Counted from the first letter of the stretch, positions 43,723-54,214 are shown. The stretch: DNA of 64,000 bases from an uncultured candidatus Porisulfidus sp. (GCA_965199755.1 CBDASZ010000002.1:96001-160000), one strand, 5' to 3'. Made by a program: numbers and translations. The notes: generated by a model from the sequence alone, not told the origin.

Positions 43723-44290
43723 GCGCAACCCGCCCCGCCGCCTTCGCATCGTTGCCGGAACCTGGCGCGGGCGCTACATCAAGGTTCCTCCGCATCCGTC
43801 GGTTCGACCGACGCCCGCACGGGTGCGCGAGACGGTGTTTAACTGGCTGGCCGGAGAACTGGAAGGCGCACGCTGCCTTGACTTGTACGCCGGCAGCGGC
43901 GTACTGGGTTTTGAGGCGGCCTCACGCGGTGCGCAGTGCGTGACGCTGGTGGAACGCCATCGCGCCACCGCAAACTTTCTTCGCGCGCAAGCCGAAATAT
44001 TGCAAGCGCCGCAGGTGAAGATCGTGTGCGCCAATGCCCGCGACTATCTCGCGAAGCAGCCGAATCCTGTCGATATTGTGTTTCTGGACCCGCCATTCTC
44101 TGATGCGGAAGTCTCACTGGAGGCCGCCTGTGCGCAACTGGCCGCCAGTCCCTGTCTGAAACCCACATCTTTGGTTTATGTGGAGGCCCCGGCGAATCAA
44201 CAATGGAGCGCACCAGCGTCTTGGGAAGCCCTCAAGTCGCAGCAGGCCGGACAGGTCCGCTATCACCTGTTCACCACCTCCGCTAGATAG
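43703..44290 (+). CDS. rsmD: 16S rRNA m2G966 methyltransferase
   Basis: RIVAG.WRGR, RPT..RVRETVFNWL, DLYAGSG and DPPF motifs. Confidence 0.95.
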   Translation: MGKASPKRNPPRRLRIVAGTWRGRYIKVPPHPSVRPTPARVRETVFNWLAGELEGARCLDLYAGSGVLGFEAASRGAQCVTLVERHRATANFLRAQAEILQAPQVKIVCANARDYLAKQPNPVDIVFLDPPFSDAEVSLEAACAQLAASPCLKPTSLVYVEAPANQQWSAPASWEALKSQQAGQVRYHLFTTSAR

Positions 44291-44383
44291 CAAACCACGC
44301 TGATTTCGGCACATTCGGGAGCAAATGTCTGAAATTTATCACATCCGTACCCGTATAATGCGCCCAACACTAGGGCTTGAGCC

Positions 44384-44983
44384 ATGTTGAACCAGCTTGC
44401 ACAGCAGATTCTGCGCACCGACATTGCCGGTCTTCCGCTGGAGTGGATTGATTACCGGGATGCCATTCGGCTCTACTGTAGCGATCAGGTCGCCTATGTC
44501 AGCGGCCGCGACATCATGCGCATTCGCGGCGGCTACAACGCCGTGACCGGAAGACGCAGCGAGTTGATGCTGAACTCGATTATCTCGACCTTCGGCAGCC
44601 ACCAGCAGACGCGCCACAACTATACGCCGCCGCTGAACAACCCCACGCTGTTCAAGCGCGACGGCTGGCTATGCCTGTATTGCGGAGATTCCTTCGGCCG
44701 CCGGGATCTGTCCCGCGATCATGTGCGCCCGCTGAGTCTGGGTGGCAGTGACGAATGGAGCAACGTGGTCACCGCCTGCAAGCGCTGCAACAACCAAAAG
44801 GCCGGGCGAACCCCGGAAGACGCCGGCCTGAGCCTGCTAGCCGTACCGTTCGTGCCCACGCATGCGGAATATATCTATCTGCAGGGACGCCGCGTGCTGG
44901 CCGATCAGATGGAATTTCTGCGCGCGCACTTTCCGCGCAGCAGCCCGCTGCACGACCGCCGGTACCTGCAGGCCGTTCAGTGA
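44384..44983 (+). CDS. HNH endonuclease-family protein
   Basis: RD...CLYCG...DHVRP...GG...W.NVVTACKRCNNQK motif. Confidence 0.92.
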   Translation: MLNQLAQQILRTDIAGLPLEWIDYRDAIRLYCSDQVAYVSGRDIMRIRGGYNAVTGRRSELMLNSIISTFGSHQQTRHNYTPPLNNPTLFKRDGWLCLYCGDSFGRRDLSRDHVRPLSLGGSDEWSNVVTACKRCNNQKAGRTPEDAGLSLLAVPFVPTHAEYIYLQGRRVLADQMEFLRAHFPRSSPLHDRRYLQAVQ

Positions 44984-45966
44984 CCACATCTTCGACCCCG
45001 TCCGTCGGGGTCATGATCAGTAACCTCGGCACTCCGCAAGCCCCCACTCCGGCGGCAGTACGCCGTTATCTGGCCGAGTTTCTTTCTGATCGGCGCGTCA
45101 TCGCGCTGTCACCGATCCTGTGGAAACCGATCCTGCACGGCATCATCCTGCGCACGCGCCCAAAAAAAAGCGCACGTCTGTACCAGAAAGTCTGGACCGA
45201 GCAAGGCTCTCCGCTACTGGTGCACAGCCGCGCCCAGCAAGCGGCGCTTAAAGAAGAACTGCAACGGCGCGGTCATGACATCCTGGTCGCGCTCGGCATG
45301 CGCTACGGCGAACCCTCTGTCGCGCAGGCGCTGGAAGAACTTGGCGCGGTCTCACACGTGATCGTGTTGCCGCTGTACCCGCAATTCTCCAACACCACCA
45401 CCGCCTCCACCTTCGATGCGCTCAACGCAGCCCTGAACCGGCAGCCCAACGCTCCGCAAGCCTCACTGATCGCCGGCTACGCCGATGACGCCGATTATCT
45501 CGACGCCTGCGTCTCGCATCTGCGCGAAGAACTGGGCAACTGCGACCCCGACACCCGGCTGCTGCTCTCCTTCCATGGTCTCCCGGCCGAATCCGAACAG
45601 CAAGGAGACCCGTATGCCAGTCAGTGCCGCGCGACCGCGCAGCGCATCGCCACCGCGATGGGGGTGCCGTGGGAACGGTGGGGATTGAGCTTCCAGTCGC
45701 GCTTCGGCCCCAAAAAATGGCTGACCCCTTACACCGATGACGTCTTACAACAATGGGCCGAAAGCGGCACCTCCGAAGTCGCAGTGTTCTGTCCTGGATT
45801 CTCGGCCGACTGTCTGGAGACGCTGGAGGAAATCGCGCAAGAAAGCCGGAAGGTCTTTCTTGAGGCCGGCGGACAGCAGTTCCACTACCTCTCCGCGCTC
45901 AATGAGCAGCCGCGCCATATTCATATGATGGCCAATCTGGTTGGCCGCTACCTTACATCTGCATAA
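44980..45966 (+). CDS. hemH: Ferrochelatase
   Basis: NLGTP, LPLYPQFS, SFHGLP, FQSRFG..WLTP and DCLETLEEI motifs. Confidence 0.96.
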   Translation: MTTSSTPSVGVMISNLGTPQAPTPAAVRRYLAEFLSDRRVIALSPILWKPILHGIILRTRPKKSARLYQKVWTEQGSPLLVHSRAQQAALKEELQRRGHDILVALGMRYGEPSVAQALEELGAVSHVIVLPLYPQFSNTTTASTFDALNAALNRQPNAPQASLIAGYADDADYLDACVSHLREELGNCDPDTRLLLSFHGLPAESEQQGDPYASQCRATAQRIATAMGVPWERWGLSFQSRFGPKKWLTPYTDDVLQQWAESGTSEVAVFCPGFSADCLETLEEIAQESRKVFLEAGGQQFHYLSALNEQPRHIHMMANLVGRYLTSA

Positions 45967-45968
45967 GC

Positions 45969-46400
45969 ATGCCCCTGTTTACCTACATCGTCCTGTTCTT
46001 CCTGCTGGAATTGTTCCTCATCGTGATGGCGGCCGTGGAGCACGGCTGGGTGATCTTCTGGGGTGAGGTCGGCACCGCCATTCTGGGCTCCATACTGATC
46101 AGGTACGCGGGCACCCATCATCTGCGTCGACCTGACAATGAGGCGCTCGGCATGCAGCGCTATCTGGTGCTCACTTCCCGCGCGGCCAAAACTGCCACCG
46201 CGGGCTTGCTGTTGCTATTGCCAGGGTTTATCACAGATATTCTGGGCGCTGTCCTGTTGCTGAGTCCGCTGTTTCTGCTTGCAGGTCTGTTTCGTTCCGT
46301 TTGGCGCAAAAAGGTGGAGCCTCATAGCGACACACGCGGCCCGCGCATTGTCGACGGTGAAGTGGAACATCCCCCTCAAAAAAGGATCGACAAGTCCTGA
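45969..46400 (+). CDS. fxsA: FxsA-family membrane protein
   Basis: N-terminal TM with LE motif, GLLLLLPGFITDILG and C-terminal IVDGE. Confidence 0.85.
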   Translation: MPLFTYIVLFFLLELFLIVMAAVEHGWVIFWGEVGTAILGSILIRYAGTHHLRRPDNEALGMQRYLVLTSRAAKTATAGLLLLLPGFITDILGAVLLLSPLFLLAGLFRSVWRKKVEPHSDTRGPRIVDGEVEHPPQKRIDKS

Positions 46401-46401
46401 A

Positions 46402-47430
46402 TCAGGCGGGGGCGCCGCCCGACTCCATAGGCTCCAGCAGATAGCACAGACAGTCTTGCGCGACAATGTCCTCGCGCAGCGTCAGCATGGACAGAAAAAA
46501 CGGACGCCGCACCAGCATCTCTTGCCCCCGATTCTCGAAGTAGACGTCGTACAAGTCCTGACCGTCCTCACCTTCCACGTCCAGCCGGGGCGTGCGCGGC
46601 TGACCCCAGACGCCGAACTTCGTGCCTTCGGCGAGCCGCTGGAAGTTCTGCTCGACTAACTCCGGGTAGACCCGACACTCGGCCTCGGCATCCTGAAAAC
46701 TGAAACGCATGCCATGAGGGATGCGCACTCGCGCCTTGGTGCGATAGATTTCCAGCTCCTCCGATGAGGTCGCGGAGGCTTTTGGCATTCCCTCGCGCAA
46801 GCACTGCAGCAGGTAGTCGCGCACATGCGCGATGCCCTCCGCGCTTCCCGGCAGACCGCACTCCACCGTAATTGCCGGACAAAACTGGCTGAACGCCATC
46901 GAATGCAACCCGTTGGGCGCTTGCAAGTAGATCATCATCGAGCTGAAGCGGCGCGCCAGATCCAGATGCGCGCGTTCCATGGTGCTGATGCAGGCGTAAT
47001 GCGGATTCGGGCCACTGGTGTTGTGAATGTCAATGCTGGCGATCGGTGCACGCGCGGAGACCTCCGCGACCACCTCACGAGTCATCTGATGCTCCGGGCT
47101 GTCGCCAGCGCCATCCCAGACCCGGTTATAGTCCTGCTGCCCGTCCAGGACGCGCTGCGCCGAGGCCGCCGCCGCCACATTGCCAATAAACAGGGATAGC
47201 GCGCGCGGCAAAGGGGTGTCGCCAAAATCCTGCAGGATCTCGCGCACCGCGAGCCAGCCGGTCGTCTCGTTGCCGTGCAGCAGTACGGACACATGCAAGA
47301 GTTCCGGGCGCTCACCCGGCAAATGAATCAGTGTCGGGCCTGTGAGGACTTCGTGCAATTCCGAGGCCGAGCGTGACAACAGCCCTTCCGGGATCTGCGT
47401 GAGGATCTGCAGCATGCTCAAAGCATCCAC
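46402..47430 (-). CDS. M14-like metallopeptidase (AstE/AspA superfamily)
   Basis: LHGNE, DYNRVW, IDIHN and ECG zinc-hydrolase motifs. Confidence 0.87.
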   Translation of the reverse strand: MDALSMLQILTQIPEGLLSRSASELHEVLTGPTLIHLPGERPELLHVSVLLHGNETTGWLAVREILQDFGDTPLPRALSLFIGNVAAAASAQRVLDGQQDYNRVWDGAGDSPEHQMTREVVAEVSARAPIASIDIHNTSGPNPHYACISTMERAHLDLARRFSSMMIYLQAPNGLHSMAFSQFCPAITVECGLPGSAEGIAHVRDYLLQCLREGMPKASATSSEELEIYRTKARVRIPHGMRFSFQDAEAECRVYPELVEQNFQRLAEGTKFGVWGQPRTPRLDVEGEDGQDLYDVYFENRGQEMLVRRPFFLSMLTLREDIVAQDCLCYLLEPMESGGAPA

Positions 47431-48848
47431 TCATGCACAGGCCGGCCTTCCTGCTGGCGCTTCAGATACGCGCCCACCAGCGACTGCACATTGCCATCAT
47501 GGGCGTAATGCCACGCCCGCATCCAGCGCGCGCCCGTCATGCGTCGTGTGACGCGCTGCTCGATGATGTCCAGATAACGATCGGCCTCGGCGCTCGCCAG
47601 ACCGCTGGCACGCAAGCCGCTGCGCGCCATCGGCAGCATTTCCTGCAGCAGCAGGTCCCGCATCAGATATTCCTGACCGCCGCACCAGGTGACGCGGGAA
47701 TCCAGACCCGACTGCGCGGCGCGATAGAAATTCTCCCGTGCCTGCTCGAAAGGAATCTTCGACACCAGATCCTCGCCATTCTCCAGAATCGCCATCAGCA
47801 TGCCGAGGAAAAACGCGGTATTGGCGATCATATCCACCTGGGTCGGGCCGGCCGGCATCACCCGATGCTCGATCCGCAGATGCGGGGTCGGAGTGTCCAG
47901 ACCCATCAACGGGCGCGTCCAGCGCCAGATCGTACCGTTGTGCAGCCTCAAATGGCGGAACTCCTCGGCGGGATTGCTGTAAGGAAGCGGCAGAATCACC
48001 GGGAAGGCGGCTAGATTCTCGTCGAAAAACTCCATCAGCGACTCACCCGCGTAACCGCTGCCGCAACTGACCCGACCAATTTGTCTGTCATCGCGGGAAC
48101 TGAGGTTGCCCAAGCTGACCGACTGCTCAAACAGCGGAATGCGGGTCTCCTCCCACAAGTCCATGCCGAACAAAAACGGCGCGTTGCACGACACCGCCAC
48201 CGTGATCGGCGACAGCACCAGCGACGCATTGTAGGCTTCCACAGAACGCGACTGCGGCACCTGCACATGCACCTGAAACGAGGTGCAGGCCGACTCCAAC
48301 ATGACATCCTCATGCAGACTGCGCAGATGGTCGCGACCGCGAATGTCAATTTGCAGCGGACAACCCTTGCGCATCTCCATCACCCGTTCGTTCAGGGCGC
48401 GATAGCGATTCATCAGACTCATCCTATCGAGCGTAAGGTCATGCTCCTGCACGGTTGGCAGAATACCGATCATGCCCAGTTGCAGATCCATCGAATCAGC
48501 CACCGTATTAGCGTCGCGCCAAATCTCCGCCAACTGCTGCTGCAGGGTGTCGAACATCCCATCCCCCAAATCCACCGGCTCGGTATTGAACTCCACAATG
48601 AAACGCGACAACTCCGGCAAGCACAGCGGGCTGTTCATGCGCTCCAGATAAACCTCGTTGTGTGGCAGCGGGTGACAATCAAGGTCAATCAGCCAAGTCT
48701 CCAGCTCAAAGCCGACCCGATAATGTTCCTCGTCGAACTGACCGTCCTTGCACCAGCGCCGGAGCAAGTCGGTTTCCTGTTGCAGCGTCTTGTGGAAGCG
48801 CTGCACATCCGTCTCAGTAAATCGATCCGTGGCGATCTCATCACCCAT
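47418..48848 (-). CDS. Glutamate--cysteine ligase family 2 (carboxylate-amine ligase)
   Basis: GFELE, PEL...EFN, SFQVH, ETRIPLFEQ, HNGTIWRW.RP and HLRIEHR motifs. Confidence 0.87.
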   Translation of the reverse strand: MGDEIATDRFTETDVQRFHKTLQQETDLLRRWCKDGQFDEEHYRVGFELETWLIDLDCHPLPHNEVYLERMNSPLCLPELSRFIVEFNTEPVDLGDGMFDTLQQQLAEIWRDANTVADSMDLQLGMIGILPTVQEHDLTLDRMSLMNRYRALNERVMEMRKGCPLQIDIRGRDHLRSLHEDVMLESACTSFQVHVQVPQSRSVEAYNASLVLSPITVAVSCNAPFLFGMDLWEETRIPLFEQSVSLGNLSSRDDRQIGRVSCGSGYAGESLMEFFDENLAAFPVILPLPYSNPAEEFRHLRLHNGTIWRWTRPLMGLDTPTPHLRIEHRVMPAGPTQVDMIANTAFFLGMLMAILENGEDLVSKIPFEQARENFYRAAQSGLDSRVTWCGGQEYLMRDLLLQEMLPMARSGLRASGLASAEADRYLDIIEQRVTRRMTGARWMRAWHYAHDGNVQSLVGAYLKRQQEGRPVHEWML

Positions 48849-50142
48849 GAGTACTCTCCAGAGTCTTCATCAGCACCTTGGCATTGCGCTGGTTGTTGTA
48901 GAAGGCGCGGCGCGCGACCGGCAAGGAGCGCGGCGAGGATGACACGAAGCCATGACCCACAAACCAGTGCATGGCCTGCGTGGTCAGCGCGTACAGTTTA
49001 TTGATGCCCTGTTCCTGCGCGCGCAGGCAGGCGTCGTCCAGCAAGTTGCGACCAAACCCCTGCTTGCGATAGTCCGTGTGCACCGCCAGACACACCATCT
49101 CGGCATGCGTGGCGTCCAGCGGATGCAAGCACACGCAGGCGACGACCAGTCCGTCGATTTCAATCACTCGATAGTTCGCAAGTTGCGGCTCAATCTCTTC
49201 GCGGCTGCGCGCCACTAGCGCGCCTTGCTCGATCAGAGGGGCGATCAGGCTTTGAATGCCACCAATGTCGGCCACGCCCGCCTGCCGGGGCGCGGAGGGT
49301 TCCTCGCGCGTCAGCATGATGCCAGAGCCTGAGCGCGTGAACAACTCTTGCGGCAACACCCCGTCGCGCCGCGCGTCCAGCAAGTGAACACGTCCGACTC
49401 TGGCCAGACAGGCATCCACCGCACCTTGCAGCAAACGCCGCCATGTTGGTGTTAGACGCCGACGCCGCAACAGCGCGAGCGCGTCCGTGGCGGTCATCTG
49501 GCGGATTATGCCGCGGCGCGCACGCAAGGCCGTCTCGCCATGTAGATAAATCAACTTGTCCGCCGCCATTTCCTGCGCCACCGAACTCGCCAGCGTAATC
49601 GCGTCGAGGTTGAAAGCTTCACCGATCGGCGAGTATCCCAACGGCGGGATCAGCACGATCGCGCCATGCTCCAGTAGCGCGTCAATCGTCGCCACATCGA
49701 CCCGCCGCACCTCTCCAGTACGCTGGAAATCCACCCCGCCGCGTATACCGCGCGGGCGCGCCGCCACCAGATTGCCGCCCAAAACCCGCAACTGCATCCC
49801 GGCCATCGGCGTATTCATCAGGCCGCAAGACAGTCGGGTCTGAATTTCAGCATAGGCCGTGCCCGCCTCCGCGGCCACCTGCGGCATATCCGCCACCGGC
49901 GTGATCCGGCACCCTTCGTGGAACTGCGAACGCGACAGTACGCAATCCAGCCAGCTGCGGGTGCCAAACACCAGCACCACCCGCATCCCCAAGGCATGCA
50001 GTTGCGCGATGTCACTCAGCAGCGAGCGGGCACCCGGCGCTTCCAGCGCGGCGCTGTCGATGCACAGTACAACCCGCCGACCGCGGTGGGCGTGGATGTA
50101 CGGAACCGTGTGGCGGAACCGTTCCAGATCAAAGGTTTTCAT
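48841..50142 (-). CDS. argA: Amino-acid N-acetyltransferase (N-acetylglutamate synthase)
   Basis: FR..VPYIHAHRG, GVDF..TG.VR, LGYSP.GE.FNL, ELFTR.G.G and a C-terminal GNAT domain. Confidence 0.93.
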   Translation of the reverse strand: MKTFDLERFRHTVPYIHAHRGRRVVLCIDSAALEAPGARSLLSDIAQLHALGMRVVLVFGTRSWLDCVLSRSQFHEGCRITPVADMPQVAAEAGTAYAEIQTRLSCGLMNTPMAGMQLRVLGGNLVAARPRGIRGGVDFQRTGEVRRVDVATIDALLEHGAIVLIPPLGYSPIGEAFNLDAITLASSVAQEMAADKLIYLHGETALRARRGIIRQMTATDALALLRRRRLTPTWRRLLQGAVDACLARVGRVHLLDARRDGVLPQELFTRSGSGIMLTREEPSAPRQAGVADIGGIQSLIAPLIEQGALVARSREEIEPQLANYRVIEIDGLVVACVCLHPLDATHAEMVCLAVHTDYRKQGFGRNLLDDACLRAQEQGINKLYALTTQAMHWFVGHGFVSSSPRSLPVARRAFYNNQRNAKVLMKTLESTHG

Positions 50143-50193
50143 GGGAGCGAAACTCTGTCGCAAGCGCCTATTTTATTGTAGACTTAATATGTA

Positions 50194-51012
50194 ATGTCGC
50201 TGGAAACTGTCTCTTCCCTGTATCCGTCTGCGGGGCCGCTCCGACCGCTGCAGGGACTCTGCCTGAAACATCGCTTGGTCGAACAAGGCAGTACGCAGCA
50301 ACCCTACCTGTACGCAAGCTACATCATGAGCGCCAATGGCGCGATTGCGCTGCCGACTTCCTCCGGCAAATGGGCGCGTCCGCGCACGCTCAGCGACCCG
50401 CGCGATTTGCAGTTTCTGTACGAATTGCTGATTCAGGCCGACTGCTTCATCACCAGCGGCAGCTACCTGCGCGATCTGCATCATGGTGAACTTGGCGATA
50501 TTCTGCAACTGACGCATCTGGAGCAATTCCCCTATCTGCACGAATACCGCGAACAGAATCACGAACATCCCTATCCTCAAATTCTGGCGATTAGCCACAA
50601 TCTGGACTTCCCGGTGCCCGCTCCCTGTGTTGCGCGAACGCGCATCCTCACGCCAGCCAATGCCGATGCCGAACGAGTGCGGGCGCTGGAGCACAAAGGC
50701 GTCACGGTGGTGCGCACCGAAGAGGAAGGTGCCCTCAGCTGCGACACCATCATGGCGGAATTACGCAAGATGGGCTGCCATACGGCTTATTTGCTGTGCG
50801 GTCCGGGCGTCGGCGCGCCACTCATGCAACACGGTCACGTGCGACGGCTTTATCTCAGTTGGCTGCACCGCCTGCACGGCGGCCATCCGGTGCTGACCAT
50901 CGGCTCTCATCTGACCGGTGAGGCACCGCTCGACATGACGCTCGGCGAGTTGTATCAAATGGAAGAGCGCGACGGTCTGCCGGGACTGTGGCTCGGATAT
51001 TTCGAACTATAG
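50194..51012 (+). CDS. RibD C-terminal/dihydrofolate reductase-like protein
   Basis: YASYIMSANGAIA...D......L...AD and LCGP.V...L....V..LYLS pattern. Confidence 0.7.
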   Translation: MSLETVSSLYPSAGPLRPLQGLCLKHRLVEQGSTQQPYLYASYIMSANGAIALPTSSGKWARPRTLSDPRDLQFLYELLIQADCFITSGSYLRDLHHGELGDILQLTHLEQFPYLHEYREQNHEHPYPQILAISHNLDFPVPAPCVARTRILTPANADAERVRALEHKGVTVVRTEEEGALSCDTIMAELRKMGCHTAYLLCGPGVGAPLMQHGHVRRLYLSWLHRLHGGHPVLTIGSHLTGEAPLDMTLGELYQMEERDGLPGLWLGYFEL

Positions 51013-51019
51013 TGTTTGA

Positions 51020-52228
51020 TCAACTGTATTCGGGATTCTGCCGATAATACTCGCGAATCCCCTTATACAAGGCTTTGGCGATCTTCTTCTGATGCGCAGT
51101 GGTGCGCAGCAGTTTCTCCTCTCCAGCATTTGAAATAAATCCGGTCTCAACCAGAATCGAAGGAATATCCGGCGACTTGAGCACCGCGAACCCGGCGCGC
51201 CCGATGCGGGTGTTGTGCATGCGCACCGAAGGTTTCAGAGAGCCAATCATGGCGCGCGTCGCACGGGTGCTGTATTCATGCACTGCGCCTTGCGACATAT
51301 CCAGCATCATGTCCTGCACATACTGTTTCTGGTCAACCAGTTTGGTGCCGCCGACTAAATCCGCGGCATTCTCCCGATTCGCCAGCCAGCGCGCTTCCGC
51401 GCTGCTCTCTCCCTTGGTTGACAGCATATAGACCGAGGCCCCTCGCGCGCTGCGTCGGCGCGCCGCATCCGCATGCACCGAGATGAAGAAATTGGATGCC
51501 TTGCTGCGCGCCATGCGGGTGCGCTCATGCAGGCGCAAATAAATATCCCGATTGCGGGTCATATACGGCGTGATGCCCGGATCGGCTTTCAACATGCCGT
51601 ACAGATAACGCGAGATCTTCAGCACCACGTCTTTTTCGTAGGTGCCTTTGCGCCCCACCGCACCTGGATCCTTGCCGCCATGTCCGGGGTCAATCATGAC
51701 CACGCGACGTTTCGCTGCGGCACGCTGAAAAGCTTGGGCGCTCCGCTGCGGCGACGATTGCGCAGGCTTTTTCGCCGGTGGGAGGAATCCTGCCGGCATG
51801 GTGAAATCGATCACAATGCGATCACGCACCCCGTCGGGAGAGGACCACTGGCGCAGGCGATCTTTCGCGCCGGGCAGGCGGCGCAAATCCAGAACCAGCC
51901 GCAACTTGCCGTTCTTGTCCAGGTGCCTGCGTACTTTTTTGACAACGCCGTCCTGGGGAAATTTCAGCTTGTCCACTGCTACGGCTTTGCGCACGTCGCT
52001 GATGTCGATATACAACCGCGGCGGGTTTTTCAAACTGCCGTGCCGCACTAGCTTCACCTTCCGGCTGAACTCAAACACCACACGCTGGCGGGACTCATCA
52101 AGACCTTGGCGAACATCCACCAGAAACCGGCGCGCCAGTGCCGGTGCTGGCAACAGCCAAGGTAGAAAAGCCAAAAGGCGCAAAAATTTACGACGTGTCA
52201 ACACAACAAGACCGGGGGCCAAAAACAA
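51020..52228 (-). CDS. N-acetylmuramoyl-L-alanine amidase (AMIN plus Amidase_3, Tat signal)
   Basis: TRRKFL twin-arginine signal; IDPGHGGKDPGA, FISVHAD and LVETGFISN motifs. Confidence 0.93.
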   Translation of the reverse strand: MFLAPGLVVLTRRKFLRLLAFLPWLLPAPALARRFLVDVRQGLDESRQRVVFEFSRKVKLVRHGSLKNPPRLYIDISDVRKAVAVDKLKFPQDGVVKKVRRHLDKNGKLRLVLDLRRLPGAKDRLRQWSSPDGVRDRIVIDFTMPAGFLPPAKKPAQSSPQRSAQAFQRAAAKRRVVMIDPGHGGKDPGAVGRKGTYEKDVVLKISRYLYGMLKADPGITPYMTRNRDIYLRLHERTRMARSKASNFFISVHADAARRRSARGASVYMLSTKGESSAEARWLANRENAADLVGGTKLVDQKQYVQDMMLDMSQGAVHEYSTRATRAMIGSLKPSVRMHNTRIGRAGFAVLKSPDIPSILVETGFISNAGEEKLLRTTAHQKKIAKALYKGIREYYRQNPEYS

Positions 52229-52274
52229 CGGTCGAAAGTACCTGTAATTTTACTCCTGCACAACACCATCGCAC

Positions 52275-52757
52275 CTAACCTGCGAGCACGGTGGATTTCT
52301 GCGCCAGCACCCGCGCCAGCAACTGCTCACCGCACACGCTGCGAGCCTCCAGTTCTCCGCCCCGGCGCTCCCCGGTTCCTTCTGCCACAAGCCGCAACAC
52401 CAGGTCCGCGCGCGCCAGCAATTCGGGACAGCGCTCCGGCCATTCAATCAGCACCAGCGCCTGACCATCGAAGTGCTCGCGCAGCCCCAGTGCCTCAAAC
52501 TCCGCCTCATCCTGCATCCGGTACAGATCCACGTGATACACCGTGTGCGCATGGGTACGGTACGGCTCCACTAGCGTATACGTCGGACTCGGCACCACGC
52601 CTTCATGGCCCAACGCGCGCAGCAACGCGCGCACCCAGGTAGTCTTGCCCGCACCAAGCGGTCCGCACAGAGCCACTACGCACGGCGCATCCAGCGCCTG
52701 CGCAACCACTGCCGCCAAATGCCCGGTGTCGGCTTCAGAAGCCAGCGTGAATTTCAT
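52275..52757 (-). CDS. tsaE: tRNA threonylcarbamoyladenosine biosynthesis ATPase
   Basis: GPLGAGKTT, SPTYTLVEPY, H.DLYR and IEWP motifs. Confidence 0.97.
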   Translation of the reverse strand: MKFTLASEADTGHLAAVVAQALDAPCVVALCGPLGAGKTTWVRALLRALGHEGVVPSPTYTLVEPYRTHAHTVYHVDLYRMQDEAEFEALGLREHFDGQALVLIEWPERCPELLARADLVLRLVAEGTGERRGGELEARSVCGEQLLARVLAQKSTVLAG

Positions 52758-52759
52758 GC

Positions 52760-54214
52760 TCAGCCAAGCCGCGCGCGCATACAGTCCAGCAGATCGCCCG
52801 CGATCATGCCACGCTCTCCGTCACGACCCGCGTCCTCCGCCGCCACCCCATGCAAACTTATCGCCACACGTGCAGCTTGCGAGGGATTCAGGCCCTGCCC
52901 CAGCAGTGAGGCGATCATGCCAGTCAGAATGTCACCCATGCCGGCCGTCGCCATCCCCGGATGTCCGTACGTGCACACTCCCACCGGCCCTGCGCCATCA
53001 TCAATCAGAGTGCCACAACCCTTGAGCACTACCGTGCCGCCATAACGCTGCTGCAGGGCGCGCACGGCGGCGAAACGATCCTGCTGCACTTCCCGACTGG
53101 TGATCTGCAACAGCTCCGCAGCTTCACCGGGGTGCGGGGTCAACACCCAGTCCTCTCGCTGTACCGGCTCCACCGCCAGCAGGCGCAGTGCATCCGCATC
53201 CAGCACCAGCGGGTGCGCGCCTTCCATGACTGCGGATAACATCTCACCGGCCCACGCATCCCGGCCCATCCCCGGCCCGACCGCCAAAACATCGTCAGGC
53301 TGCAATAATTCGCGCAACTCGCGGCGTCCCGTGACGATATGACGCATGATTTCAGGCCACCCCGAAGGCGCTTGTGCGGGTCCGGCGTGAGACACACGCC
53401 CGCTGCCACAGCGTAGCGCTGCGCGTGCGCACAGTTCGGCCGCTCCGGCAAATCCCGGAGTGCCACCAATCACCCAGACATGCCCGTGTTCCCCCTTGTG
53501 CGTATTGAGCCGACGCTGCGGCAGTTGCTCAAGCAACATCTCCCACTGCAGGCATTCGGCCAAAGTGTCAGCGGGGAAGGGCACGGTCTCTTCGCCCACA
53601 CTGAGCGCGTCAAAATGCCGCACTCCCGCGTAGTCCGGGCCATCCCCGGTATACAGTCCGCGCTTGCGCGTAATAAAACTCACCGTATGATCCGCGCGTA
53701 CTGCCACCTCACTGACACCGCCCGTATCCGCCATCAGTCCGGACGGCACATCCACTGCGATCACCACGCCCGATGAGGCGTTCATACGCTCAACCGCCGC
53801 CGCCCAGTCGCCTTCTAGTGCCCGTGACGCACCTGTACCCAGCAAGGCATCCACCACAATGTCTTCCTCAATCTCGCCGGACGCCTCAAAGGCCTCCATA
53901 CGCACCCCGGAAAGTTGCGCCTTCTCATATGCCGCGCGGGCTTCTCCATTCAGTGCTTCGCCAGGTTTCAACTGCACGATGCGCACGTCTTTGCCGGCCG
54001 CATGAAGCAGGCTGGCTAACAGATAACCGTCCCCGGCATTGTTGCCGGCACCGGTGAAGACGATCGCACTCTTGGCTTGCGGGATTTCATGTTGGATCAC
54101 CGCGAACAGCGCCTCCGCGGCGCGTGTCATCAACTCAAACCCACTGGTGCCAGCATCAATCACCTGCTGATCCAGAGCGCGAGACTGCTCCGAGTTGAGC
54201 AACAAGCCGCTCAT
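52760..54214 (-). CDS. nnr: Bifunctional NAD(P)H-hydrate repair enzyme
   Basis: GAGNNAGDG, DALLGTG, DVPSG, LTPHPGEA and GMGDILTG motifs. Confidence 0.95.
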   Translation of the reverse strand: MSGLLLNSEQSRALDQQVIDAGTSGFELMTRAAEALFAVIQHEIPQAKSAIVFTGAGNNAGDGYLLASLLHAAGKDVRIVQLKPGEALNGEARAAYEKAQLSGVRMEAFEASGEIEEDIVVDALLGTGASRALEGDWAAAVERMNASSGVVIAVDVPSGLMADTGGVSEVAVRADHTVSFITRKRGLYTGDGPDYAGVRHFDALSVGEETVPFPADTLAECLQWEMLLEQLPQRRLNTHKGEHGHVWVIGGTPGFAGAAELCARAALRCGSGRVSHAGPAQAPSGWPEIMRHIVTGRRELRELLQPDDVLAVGPGMGRDAWAGEMLSAVMEGAHPLVLDADALRLLAVEPVQREDWVLTPHPGEAAELLQITSREVQQDRFAAVRALQQRYGGTVVLKGCGTLIDDGAGPVGVCTYGHPGMATAGMGDILTGMIASLLGQGLNPSQAARVAISLHGVAAEDAGRDGERGMIAGDLLDCMRARLG

